Assembly (NCBI GenBank): GCA_008080735.1
Contig: SHMW01000001.1
Coordinates: forward strand, 53,037-117,036
Direction: 5' to 3'
DNA: 64,000 nt
From: Promethearchaeota archaeon
GTDB lineage: Archaea > Asgardarchaeota > Lokiarchaeia > Sigyniarchaeales > SOKP01
The notes beneath the pieces are model-generated. The model was not told where the DNA came from. It worked only from the letters and a program-made list of their open reading frames with translations, and ran no database searches. The position numbers and the translations under genes are program-made. Below, piece after piece: positions 18,580 through 27,629 of the stretch; the first letter of the stretch is position 1; each line of letters begins with the position of its first letter.

Positions 18580-20154
18580 ATGGAGATACAAATCAATAAC
18601 CAAAAAATTCCACTTAAAGAAAGACTCAACCTAATTCTGGGAGATTTTCAAGGAGAAGAATTGAATGTTAATTTTAATGAAAAATATTTCAAATACACAC
18701 AGTTTGAAGATTTTACCATAATTCCATTTAAAAAATTTTTAAAATATATTAAGTATATTGATCCCTCAAAAGTAGAATTTGATAATCTAAATTTACTTAT
18801 TCAATATCTAAACAAATTTGAAGAGGTTTCAGGTCTTAATATCTCAATCATTAACAATTATTTACAAATTCTTGATTTACTTTTTGCTGTCATTGACTTT
18901 AATTTAACTTTGTCAAAAAAAAGAAAACTAAAAAAAGAATTGGAATTTTCTCAACTAAAAGAAAAGTCCAGTACATTATCTGCCAAAACTAACCTTTTAA
19001 ATAATTTAAATGAACAAATTAAAAAGAATCGACAAGATTTAAAATATTTAGAGGAAGATTTTTTCCAGATAAATAGTAAAAAGGAGCAATTAGAAGAAAG
19101 AATAAAAAAGTTAGAAAAAACAATAAGAAAGTTAAATCAACAAAGAAAAGCAAAATTTCAGGAAGTTAATAAAATAACGCGATCTATGGAGGAACCACAA
19201 AAAAAAACTAAGATCCCTCCTGTCGCTGGACTATCTAATGCGGAAAGAATTCAAAAATTAAGAAAAGAAGCAAAAGAGATTCATTACAAAATCAGAAAAT
19301 ATAAATCAGAATTAGAAAACGCAAAAAAAACCTTAGATTCGTTTCTACCCAAATATCAGTCTTATAAAAAAGATTTTGATTCTTTAAAATCAACCATTGA
19401 TAGACAAGAGAATCAAATTAAACAACAGAAGGCTGAAATCGAAGAGTTAACCCGAAAGTCTGATATAAAAAATCTTTCTGAAATAAAAATTGGTGATTTG
19501 AGCAATATTAGAGATTATGATACAGTTAAACAAGAAATTAGTAATACAGATAATAAAATTGATATGATGATAGAAAAAAATGAATATTTCAAAGAAAAAG
19601 AAATACAGAATTTTGACAAATTAGAACATAGACTTATCGAATTTAAAGCTTTTCTCTTGGAACAAAATGATGATTTGATTTATGAAATAAATATAAACAC
19701 AGTTAATTCTTTAGTTGATAATCTACGAGAATTTGAGCTATATTTAAAAGATGTTGAAGATCTTATGAATAGAATGATTGGACAAATCAATCTTGAGCTA
19801 AGCTTTGAAACTATTATCAATTTTGATGATAAAGAATTCTTTATTAAACCTAAATTTACTAGAAATGAAAAAGAAACTTTAGAATTTAACCAACTTACCA
19901 CCCCTGAAAAGGTCTTTGTAGTTATAACTCTCTTCATCACAATCAATATCTCATTGGATGAAAGGGAAGTTCTTTTCTCAAATCTCTATCTTAATGAAAA
20001 TTTTAACAAAAGAGGTTCTCTCTTTCGAACTCTTAGGAAAATTATACCTATATTTCAACAAAATAAGAATTTTAGCGATATAGAATTAAATTTTGCTATA
20101 TCAAATTTAGAAATGAAGCGTCCAATCGAAAATATTAATATTATAAAACTTTAA
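18580..20154 (+). CDS. SMC/Rad50-like coiled-coil protein with degenerate ABC-ATPase head (operon gene 7)
   Basis: N-terminal IPLKERLNLILGD (pre-Walker A strands, GKS/T absent), long central coiled coil, and C-terminal FNQLTTPEKVFVVITLFI (LSGGEK-like signature) followed by VLFSNL in place of Walker B DE. Confidence 0.55.
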   Translation: MEIQINNQKIPLKERLNLILGDFQGEELNVNFNEKYFKYTQFEDFTIIPFKKFLKYIKYIDPSKVEFDNLNLLIQYLNKFEEVSGLNISIINNYLQILDLLFAVIDFNLTLSKKRKLKKELEFSQLKEKSSTLSAKTNLLNNLNEQIKKNRQDLKYLEEDFFQINSKKEQLEERIKKLEKTIRKLNQQRKAKFQEVNKITRSMEEPQKKTKIPPVAGLSNAERIQKLRKEAKEIHYKIRKYKSELENAKKTLDSFLPKYQSYKKDFDSLKSTIDRQENQIKQQKAEIEELTRKSDIKNLSEIKIGDLSNIRDYDTVKQEISNTDNKIDMMIEKNEYFKEKEIQNFDKLEHRLIEFKAFLLEQNDDLIYEININTVNSLVDNLREFELYLKDVEDLMNRMIGQINLELSFETIINFDDKEFFIKPKFTRNEKETLEFNQLTTPEKVFVVITLFITINISLDEREVLFSNLYLNENFNKRGSLFRTLRKIIPIFQQNKNFSDIELNFAISNLEMKRPIENINIIKL

Positions 20155-20170
20155 AAGAGGAAAAAACAAT

Positions 20171-20674
20171 ATGTCAGAACAAACCTTTGAAGATACTGTT
20201 AGAAAGATTTCAAAGATGATCTTAATAAATGAACACAAGATGGTGCGGGAAGAGGATTTAATCCAACTCTGTCCAGAATCAATAAATTTTGATCAAGTTA
20301 TTAACCATACATATCAAAATCTAATAGAAATGGGATTTGAATTAATAACCAGTACTTTTTTAGATCAAAAGTATTATATCTTAACCTCCGATGGTAAGGA
20401 TGATAATATAACCCCTACCCAATATGGTATCCTCGCCATTTTTCTAGCTCTCAGCAAGGAAGTAGATGAAAATCTGAAATACTCAGATATGAAAAATATT
20501 TTTTCTGAGGTCTGGGATAATGTGGAACCATTAATTGAAAAGGATTTCATAAGGAAGATTTCCATCAGAAGTACAGAAATTCTTAAAATGACACCGTTAG
20601 GGAAAGCATCACTCAAGAATGTCATTCAAAACATTAAATTGAAAAACCTCCTTGACGTATTTAAAAAAGAATAA
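20171..20674 (+). CDS. Tandem winged-helix protein, MAGE/Nse3/Nse1 (kite)-like (operon gene 8)
   Basis: FDQVINHTYQNLIEMGFELI...YYILTS...PTQYGILAIFLAL pattern matches kite WH-A/WH-B; ends with the wing motif MTPLGK. Confidence 0.6.
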   Translation: MSEQTFEDTVRKISKMILINEHKMVREEDLIQLCPESINFDQVINHTYQNLIEMGFELITSTFLDQKYYILTSDGKDDNITPTQYGILAIFLALSKEVDENLKYSDMKNIFSEVWDNVEPLIEKDFIRKISIRSTEILKMTPLGKASLKNVIQNIKLKNLLDVFKKE

Positions 20675-20703
20675 ATGAAAATTTAGGTTTTTTAAAAATA
20701 ATG

Positions 20704-21120
20704 TTATTCTAGATCCATTTTAAATTGATCATAAATTTTTTGTACCCTTTCAGCACTTGGACCGCTGCCTCTAACGCCGTTTTCATCTACGATTATTTTT
20801 CCCCCCAAGATAGAAATTATGTTCTGATCATCAATATATTGAACATGCCCTTTACTGAAAATCTTAGAAATCCGTTCTGCTAACGCTTCCATGGGAAATG
20901 GTTCCTCTTCGACGGTTATGTAATTATAAAACGTATTATTAATGAGGACTTCAGGAAAGGCTTTATTTTTCTCGTTTCTCACGCTACTTAAAATCAAATT
21001 TGCTTCTTGAGAAATTCCCTTAAGGGTTCCTACAAAAAATCTATCATCATCAATATAGACCTTAACAATTTTATCAATGAATTTTTGAAGTTCAGAATTA
21101 TATTCTCTGGCAATTGACAT
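20704..21120 (-). CDS. Sm-like archaeal protein with C-terminal domain (SmAP3 type)
   Basis: Sm1 motif (VKVYIDDDRFFVGTLKGISQEANLIL) plus the C-terminal domain ...GVRGSGPSAERV. Confidence 0.85.
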   Translation of the reverse strand: MSIAREYNSELQKFIDKIVKVYIDDDRFFVGTLKGISQEANLILSSVRNEKNKAFPEVLINNTFYNYITVEEEPFPMEALAERISKIFSKGHVQYIDDQNIISILGGKIIVDENGVRGSGPSAERVQKIYDQFKMDLE

Positions 21121-21157
21121 ACTAATTCACTCAATTTTGTTAAAATATTTATGTAAA

Positions 21158-21823
21158 TTATTCTAATAGTGCCTGTATGAGTTGCTCAACATTCTCTCCA
21201 GTTTTGCAACTTGTTGTGAATATCTTTAGATTTGGATTTATTTCCTTCGCATCATTAATCATAACATTCAGATCCACATCGATTACATCTAATAAATCGA
21301 TTTTATTGATCACGGCAATATCAGACATCTTAAATAATAATGGATGCTTTTCAATTACCCATGGACCTTCTGTGATCGAGACAACTACAACCCTTTTTGA
21401 TACTCCCAATATAAAATCGGATGGACAAATCAGATTTCCGACATTTTCAATAAATACGACATCGTACTTGCTTAAATCAATGTTTTTAATAACTTGGGAA
21501 ATATGATAGGAATTCAATGCACATTCCCGACCAGTATTAATCTGGATTGCTTTTGCTCCCACATTTTCAATCCTATCTGCATCAACGCGCGTCGCGACAT
21601 CCCCGTTGATTACTAATACTCGGTATGTGCTCGAAAGCTCTTTGGCGATCTGTTCTAATAGAGCGGTTTTTCCAGCCCCAATCGCTCCCACAATATCGAA
21701 CGATTTAATATTATAATTTTCAAAAATTTCCTTATTTTGAGCTGCTAACATATCATTATTTCGGATAAGATCTTCATTCAGTTCGATGATTTTAGATATC
21801 GTGTTCTTTTTATTCTCAGGCAT
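21158..21823 (-). CDS. hypB: Hydrogenase nickel-incorporation GTPase HypB
   Basis: GAIGAGKT, GDV...DA.RI, INTGREC, ENVGNLICP, INKID. Confidence 0.85.
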   Translation of the reverse strand: MPENKKNTISKIIELNEDLIRNNDMLAAQNKEIFENYNIKSFDIVGAIGAGKTALLEQIAKELSSTYRVLVINGDVATRVDADRIENVGAKAIQINTGRECALNSYHISQVIKNIDLSKYDVVFIENVGNLICPSDFILGVSKRVVVVSITEGPWVIEKHPLLFKMSDIAVINKIDLLDVIDVDLNVMINDAKEINPNLKIFTTSCKTGENVEQLIQALLE

Positions 21824-21924
21824 TTTCTCGAATAACTTAGCACTCTTTAAGCTTATATAAATCTCTAAAAAAGAAAAAATTTTGGTTTAGAATCATTTGG
21901 ATGTATATTTTTTTATAAAAAAAT

Positions 21925-22860
21925 TTAGGCAAAATATCGAAACTTATGGCGGAAAAGGATATATGAGGCAACAAGTCCTCCCAGATCTGGCAGATACCAC
22001 GCAAGAACAATAGGATCTAAAACGATTAAGTAGGATATAAGTCCTGGTACTAATCTAAATAGAATTAACAACAATAGAATTATTTTACCTTTCATTCTTA
22101 TCGGAATAAACATTAAAAGAAATGTCATCTCCCGATCGAAGCTGAAATAGATTATAAAGGAAATTACTCCTAATAATCCACCAAATGCTAAACCAATCGG
22201 TAAAATAATTCCTCCAGAACTTGCTAAGTCTAAAGGTAACCATATTGCGACATAAATTAATCCAGTAATGAAGGTGGAAAATAAATACAAGGTTATTAAA
22301 AATTTTGATCCAAACCGCAACTCAATAATTTTAATAATATTATAGAAAAGTAAAATTATAATAAATAAGAAGAAAATCCCAAATAGGCCCTCTGAATAGT
22401 TAAAGAAAGGAGCTGTGAAAAATGTCCAGATATATAGATTGAAGAAACTTAAGCGACTTAATCCTACATAATCTGCAAATACAACAATATCTTCTAGTTG
22501 AATCGATCCTACAATAGATATAATAAAGATAGCGATAATGAGATAAAGGGTAATTGAGGTGCCTCCAAAACCCATTGAAGAGCTTTCAAACATTTTTCTT
22601 GCTCTCTTTCTCTGCTTTTCTTGCTTTCGCAAAAATTTCTTAGCCTTTTTCGACTCTTCTCCTGATGAGACAAAACGATATCTTTCTCGCTCTCGCTTTT
22701 CACCTCTCCGAGATGTTGGGACAGATGGGGTATGCTTTCTTTCAAATGTACATTCATGATTTTCTGGTAAACGATGGTCTTTACAGTATTGGTTACCACA
22801 ATATTTGCACCGAAATGGCAAATACCCAATCTCTTTTCCGCAGAATTCGCAATATGGCAT
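21925..22860 (-). CDS. AN1-type zinc finger fused to rhomboid-family membrane domain lacking catalytic residues
   Basis: CEFC..PFRCKYC..YC..HRLPENHEC (AN1). Rhomboid scaffold WTFFTAPF, IE.RFG..FL..LYL, but GxSG is GLAFG and AHLGG is PDLGG. Confidence 0.75.
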   Translation of the reverse strand: MPYCEFCGKEIGYLPFRCKYCGNQYCKDHRLPENHECTFERKHTPSVPTSRRGEKRERERYRFVSSGEESKKAKKFLRKQEKQRKRARKMFESSSMGFGGTSITLYLIIAIFIISIVGSIQLEDIVVFADYVGLSRLSFFNLYIWTFFTAPFFNYSEGLFGIFFLFIIILLFYNIIKIIELRFGSKFLITLYLFSTFITGLIYVAIWLPLDLASSGGIILPIGLAFGGLLGVISFIIYFSFDREMTFLLMFIPIRMKGKIILLLLILFRLVPGLISYLIVLDPIVLAWYLPDLGGLVASYILFRHKFRYFA

Positions 22861-23025
22861 TTTTTACTCGAACCTTTTATTCTTTTCTAATCTAGTTTTG
22901 TTATCCGACTTAAAACTAATGCAATCTAGGATAATTAGGTACTAAAAAGTAGTATCATTCATATTTTTTTTTACTTTAGTTGGTAAGTAAAAAGTTATGT
23001 ATCCATATGATTAATGAATTCATTC

Positions 23026-24069
23026 TTACAATACATTATAATAAGGATTCACATTTGAAGGTGCATAAATACAGATATAATTGATAACAATTAAAACAAG
23101 CATCGAAATTACGAGAAAGAAATACACCTTTTTATTCCACTTAAAAATATTTTCTCCATCTAATATACCCACAGGGATAAGATTAAAGAGTCCCAGCATG
23201 AAATTTAAAGAGGCAGAAATTCCGATAAATAAATTGATAGGATAAATTGGCACTAGAAAAGATGCCATAAATAAAATAGTCCCATAGATTAAATTAATGG
23301 TAGGTCCCGCAGCTTTGCATAAACCCGTCGTTCGGTCAACTTTATCCAAACCGAGTACGACCACTGCCCCTGGTAATGCTAATGCGGGCAATGAAGGTGA
23401 TTGTGTGAGTAAAGAGATAACACCCATTGCTAAACCGAATAAGGTTATTATCATTCCAAACTTAAGTAGACGGAATTTTGTTTGGAGTCCAAAATGAATT
23501 GCTACTTGTCGATGCCCAAACTCATGAAATAGAAATGCTGTGGTGTAAAATCCTGCCACCATAAATATAACCCAACCATACCCCATCGCATTTAATATTT
23601 CCTGATTATCCGGGTTATAAAATCCAAGAAGGCCAATAAGAAAGATTAAAATCGCCCCAATAAGTAGATGCAAGAATTCGGATTTATAGGGCAAGAGAAT
23701 TCCTTTAAATTCAATACCAGAGTCGGGATCAAAGGCGTTTTCTGGAATGTTTGTTTCTCTTCTATACCATGTAAAACTTCCGTCTGTAGTACCTCGTCTT
23801 TCCCCGTTGTCTACATATGTTTCTCGGGTGTAGGGAGATTGATCCTGTAGATTTTGTGGCGCTAGGTTATAATTCAAAGCGGATTGTTCTTGAACCCCAG
23901 CAGGTTGGTACCCATATTGATTTGAAGTTTCTTGTAGATGCTGTGATTCTAGAACAAGATTACATTCATGATCAATTGGATCTTTATGAAGATGACAATA
24001 CTTTTGCTTACATTTTTCACATTGAAATAGTTGATCATACTCCTCACCACAATGATAACATTTAGACAT
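23026..24069 (-). CDS. AN1-type zinc finger fused to site-2 (M50) intramembrane metalloprotease
   Basis: CYHC..CEKC..YC..H...HEC, HEFGH, AAGP..N, FNLIP.G.LDG. Confidence 0.88.
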   Translation of the reverse strand: MSKCYHCGEEYDQLFQCEKCKQKYCHLHKDPIDHECNLVLESQHLQETSNQYGYQPAGVQEQSALNYNLAPQNLQDQSPYTRETYVDNGERRGTTDGSFTWYRRETNIPENAFDPDSGIEFKGILLPYKSEFLHLLIGAILIFLIGLLGFYNPDNQEILNAMGYGWVIFMVAGFYTTAFLFHEFGHRQVAIHFGLQTKFRLLKFGMIITLFGLAMGVISLLTQSPSLPALALPGAVVVLGLDKVDRTTGLCKAAGPTINLIYGTILFMASFLVPIYPINLFIGISASLNFMLGLFNLIPVGILDGENIFKWNKKVYFFLVISMLVLIVINYICIYAPSNVNPYYNVL

Positions 24070-24258
24070 AATTTAATCGATCCTTTTCTTAAATTTTTTG
24101 TATATAAATTTTTTTTCTAAAAAGAATAAACAAGATTTACTTAATAAAAGTATTTTTGATGCTTAAAGTTAATTTTATTAAATGAGAAAATCATTTATTT
24201 TATATTAGACTTATAATAGAATTGAATATTAAAATAAAAAAGGGTTATTTAAAATAAG

Positions 24259-24387
24259 ATGTCAGACGATGATGAAAAAGACTACGATAAAGGCGATCTG
24301 AAAAAAGAGCGAGATAGACTTGATAAAATGGGAGCAAAATCGACCTTTAATCTTCTTAGTGAAAAAAAGAAAGAAGAAGATAAGTAA
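24259..24387 (+). CDS. Putative 42-aa charged micro-protein
   Basis: MSDDDEKDYDKGDLKKERDRLDKMGAKSTFNLLSEKKKEEDK*; coding-like composition in very AT-rich flanks, T-tract after the stop. Below the ORF track cutoff. Confidence 0.5.
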   Translation: MSDDDEKDYDKGDLKKERDRLDKMGAKSTFNLLSEKKKEEDK

Positions 24388-24480
24388 AATCGGGTTATAT
24401 TTTTTTTAACATAATATTTATTTAAAAATATTCTATTAGTTTCATAAGAATATTACATTTCCAATGTTAGTGTTATCCAT

Positions 24481-26091
24481 ATGACCAGTTTTCCGGTATC
24501 GACCCACGATGGCCCCTACTCTTCTAATACCATAGTTTCACGTTCCTTTCTAATTGTTTATGGAATTAATATTTGGATAAGCTTTTATATTCTCATCATC
24601 GAATCCTTATTGTTTTTCAATTTGACTAAACATACCCTTACACTTCTGATTTTGACCTTTCCAATTCAAGTTTTTATAGGATACTTCGTATTGGTATTTT
24701 CTGCCTTATTCACCGCAAAGCTACTGTTAATTCTTCTCAATTTAATCCATCCGCCAAAAGAAGGAATCTTCAAGCGAACAAGGGAGGATCGAGATTTTTA
24801 TTTTTGGAGCTTTCGATCTGTTATAAAAAAGTGGCCGATTTGGATCATTAGCCTCCTTCCTTCCTCAGTTCTAAATAATCTTACTCTTACAATATTTGGA
24901 ATTAAAACTTCTTTCTCTAATAGTATTAATAATGCAAACATGGATACAGAATTTATTGAATTTGGTAAGAACATCACCTTAGGGAAAGGTTCTTTTATCA
25001 AATCTTCTATGGTTTTTGGGGAATATTTAATTATCAAAAGGATTATTATCAAAGATAATGTGGTTATCGGGCCAGCGAGTTATGTATCTCCTGGAACAAT
25101 TATTCAGCAAAATACAGTTTTAAATACTCTCTCAATGACTCAATTTAACCAAATCTTAGAAAAGTGTTCAATCTATTCTGGATATCCTGCTAAAAAACAA
25201 TGCAAAAAAAAAGATTTAACAACTTACGCAGATAAGTTTACAAATCTTAATTTATCATATTCTAACTTAGAATCATCAAAAAGGCTAGATTTTTTAACAG
25301 AGCCTTCAAAACCAACTGGAAAATTTATTAAAAAAATACCAACTTATGTGGGGCTCTTCCTTTTGTTATATTTCTTTGCCTATATGCCAGTATTAATAGC
25401 ATTGTATTTCTATACAACTAAAATCTTTTTCCCTTTAGTCATTGCCAAACCTATTGCTTCCAGTCTTTTTCTCAGTAATTTTTCTATGTTAGTTCTTATT
25501 TTTACTCCTCCCATAATTTTGATCTTACATCTTAGCAATATCTTTCTCACAGTTCTAATCACTAAAATTTGTTATTATGTTATCTGTAAAATTAATACCC
25601 CAAAAGAAGGAGTTTTTCATTGGAAAGATAAATCTGCAGATTACGATTTCTATTTTCTTCGCTCTTTTCTGCTGCGCTATGTTAAATGGAAAATTCAAAG
25701 GGGTCCCTATCCATGGCTCATTAAAAGCGTGTTTAATTTTATCGGAGGTTGTCATTTTGGAAAAGATTGTGTAATAGAGGATATGTATTTAGCAAAAGAA
25801 TTCATTAATGTAGGTGAAAACGTTTATTTAGGAAAGATATTACTTACAAACCAATTATGGGATAAAGAATTAACAGTAAAAGGTGTAAAAATAGAAGATG
25901 GGGCAGTCGTGAGCGATGGTTGCTGTATTGGTCCTGGAACGTACATCAAAAAAAACACAACCGTCTTACCATTCTCTATAACCTCTAAAAATGAGGTCTT
26001 GGATTCTAATTCTGTGTATTATGATGCGACTGTAAAAAAAATCAAAACAGAAAAAGAACTAATAAAAATTCTTAATTTTAAGCCTATTTAA
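24481..26091 (+). CDS. Membrane-bound hexapeptide-repeat (left-handed beta-helix) acyltransferase-like protein, two modules
   Basis: Two copies of TM helices + P-KEG-F + D(F/Y)YF + [IV]xxxxx hexapeptide run (IIIKDNVVIGPASYVSPGT; VKIEDGAVVSDGCCIGPGT). Confidence 0.75.
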   Translation: MTSFPVSTHDGPYSSNTIVSRSFLIVYGINIWISFYILIIESLLFFNLTKHTLTLLILTFPIQVFIGYFVLVFSALFTAKLLLILLNLIHPPKEGIFKRTREDRDFYFWSFRSVIKKWPIWIISLLPSSVLNNLTLTIFGIKTSFSNSINNANMDTEFIEFGKNITLGKGSFIKSSMVFGEYLIIKRIIIKDNVVIGPASYVSPGTIIQQNTVLNTLSMTQFNQILEKCSIYSGYPAKKQCKKKDLTTYADKFTNLNLSYSNLESSKRLDFLTEPSKPTGKFIKKIPTYVGLFLLLYFFAYMPVLIALYFYTTKIFFPLVIAKPIASSLFLSNFSMLVLIFTPPIILILHLSNIFLTVLITKICYYVICKINTPKEGVFHWKDKSADYDFYFLRSFLLRYVKWKIQRGPYPWLIKSVFNFIGGCHFGKDCVIEDMYLAKEFINVGENVYLGKILLTNQLWDKELTVKGVKIEDGAVVSDGCCIGPGTYIKKNTTVLPFSITSKNEVLDSNSVYYDATVKKIKTEKELIKILNFKPI

Positions 26092-26113
26092 AAACAAATA
26101 TAATTTTATCAAT

Positions 26114-26851
26114 ATGTCAACCAATTTTTCAATTATAGAAGGAAACAATCTGAAAGAGAATAGATTCTTTATTCTAAAATTTTTGATGATATGGCCCGCC
26201 ATTTTTTTTACATCCATCAATTTGTTATCCTATTTTGAGTTTTTATACCAAATTTTTGGTCTATCCCTCCTTCTCATTTTTCTACCAGGTCAACTTCTCC
26301 TTAATTTCGGTATATTCCTTCTGACTCTGTTTTCCTTTGGGAAAATATATTTAATAATCATCAACCTGATTCACCTTCCGAAAGAAGGTAAATTTGAATG
26401 TTCATTAAAAGATAAAGATTATTTCTTCTATTGTATGAGAACTACTATTAAAGAATTTATTGTTAAAACCTATGATTATTTTCCACTCCCTTGGGCCAAA
26501 ATATTCCCTTTAAAATTTTTTAATCTCACTATACCATCCAGCGCGGGGGTTCTTGACAGTTATATCGATACAGATTTTATTGAATTAGGAGAAGAATCGA
26601 TCTTAGGCGAAGGGGCAATAATTTTTAGTTCTCTAATTTTGGATGATACATTATTGATCAAAAAAACAGTGATACAAGATCGAGCTACAATTGGGGCATA
26701 TAGTATAGTTGCACCAGGAACTTATGTTGAAGAGGGAAGTATTCTAGGCATGGGAAGTTATACCCAGATTAATCAAATTCTTGAAAAAGGATGGATTTAT
26801 GTAGGGCGCCCTGCGAGAAAATTAAAACAGATTCAAAATACAATAAATTAA
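26114..26851 (+). CDS. Membrane-bound hexapeptide-repeat acyltransferase-like protein, one module
   Basis: IHLPKEGKF, DYFFY, IDTDFIELG, TVIQDRATIGAYSIVAPGT, YVGRPAR; paralog of the upstream modules. Confidence 0.75.
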   Translation: MSTNFSIIEGNNLKENRFFILKFLMIWPAIFFTSINLLSYFEFLYQIFGLSLLLIFLPGQLLLNFGIFLLTLFSFGKIYLIIINLIHLPKEGKFECSLKDKDYFFYCMRTTIKEFIVKTYDYFPLPWAKIFPLKFFNLTIPSSAGVLDSYIDTDFIELGEESILGEGAIIFSSLILDDTLLIKKTVIQDRATIGAYSIVAPGTYVEEGSILGMGSYTQINQILEKGWIYVGRPARKLKQIQNTIN

Positions 26852-26942
26852 TCATTATTAAATGGATTTTTTAAAAGATAAAGAGAGATTTTAATTTTTA
26901 AAAAGCTTTTTTAATTATATATAATATCTTACAATATTCTAA

Positions 26943-27179
26943 TTGTTGAGTGAAGTGAAAGATAAAAAAGTGTACTGTCCAACTTGCGAGCGTATGGTTC
27001 TACCACGTAGAAAAAATTTTGATCATAAATATCATGAACTTATTTTCTTTTTTGTATGCCTTACGTTTGGTCTGGGCTATATTATTTATCTTATATTGAA
27101 ATACAATAAGAAAAAAGATACATGCCCATATTGTGAACGGAAACTTGATTTAGAAAACCCAATCAAGACACCGCCATAA
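26943..27179 (+). CDS. LITAF-like zinc-ribbon membrane protein
   Basis: CPTC - hydrophobic hairpin - CPYC arrangement. Confidence 0.6.
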   Translation: MLSEVKDKKVYCPTCERMVLPRRKNFDHKYHELIFFFVCLTFGLGYIIYLILKYNKKKDTCPYCERKLDLENPIKTPP

Positions 27180-27195
27180 TATAATCACGATATTC

Positions 27196-27465
27196 CTATA
27201 TCTCTTTTACTTGCATCTTCTCCTTACATCGAGGACATATCTTATCTCTCTCTGCTAACTCACGGGTCATTAAAGTTTTTTGATAATTGCATTTGGAATT
27301 TGAACATTTGAGCAAATATTTCTTTAATTTTAGTTTCTCTTCTGGTTCCTTTTTTATCTCCTCTTTCTGTTTCTGAACACTCGGGGTCTTTTCCTTAGAA
27401 ATCTCTGACCCTTTCCTTTTCTCTTCCTTATCCTCATCCGATTTAATCCATTTGTCTAAACTCAT
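27196..27465 (-). CDS. Small zinc-ribbon protein
   Basis: Start likely MSLDKW (ATG 27465); charged linker, then C-SNSK-C...CPRC. Confidence 0.6.
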   Translation of the reverse strand: MSLDKWIKSDEDKEEKRKGSEISKEKTPSVQKQKEEIKKEPEEKLKLKKYLLKCSNSKCNYQKTLMTRELAERDKICPRCKEKMQVKEI

Positions 27466-27629
27466 GATAATCTCTATTTCGAATGCAAATCTAATTAAAA
27501 TATAATTAAGATCTTTATTTATAATTTTAAAGATTTTTCCCTTAAAATTTCTCACACTTACAGAATTCGGATATTTAATTTTGAAAAAAAGAAGAAAAAT
27601 AAAGATAAATCGTCTTATCCATGTATCTA

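Noticed and set aside
11845-20674. Calling the operon a canonical Wadjet/MksBEFG or a provirus
   Set aside because: No Toprim JetD nuclease, the SMC-like protein is short with dead motifs, and no integrase, capsid or att repeats were recognised.
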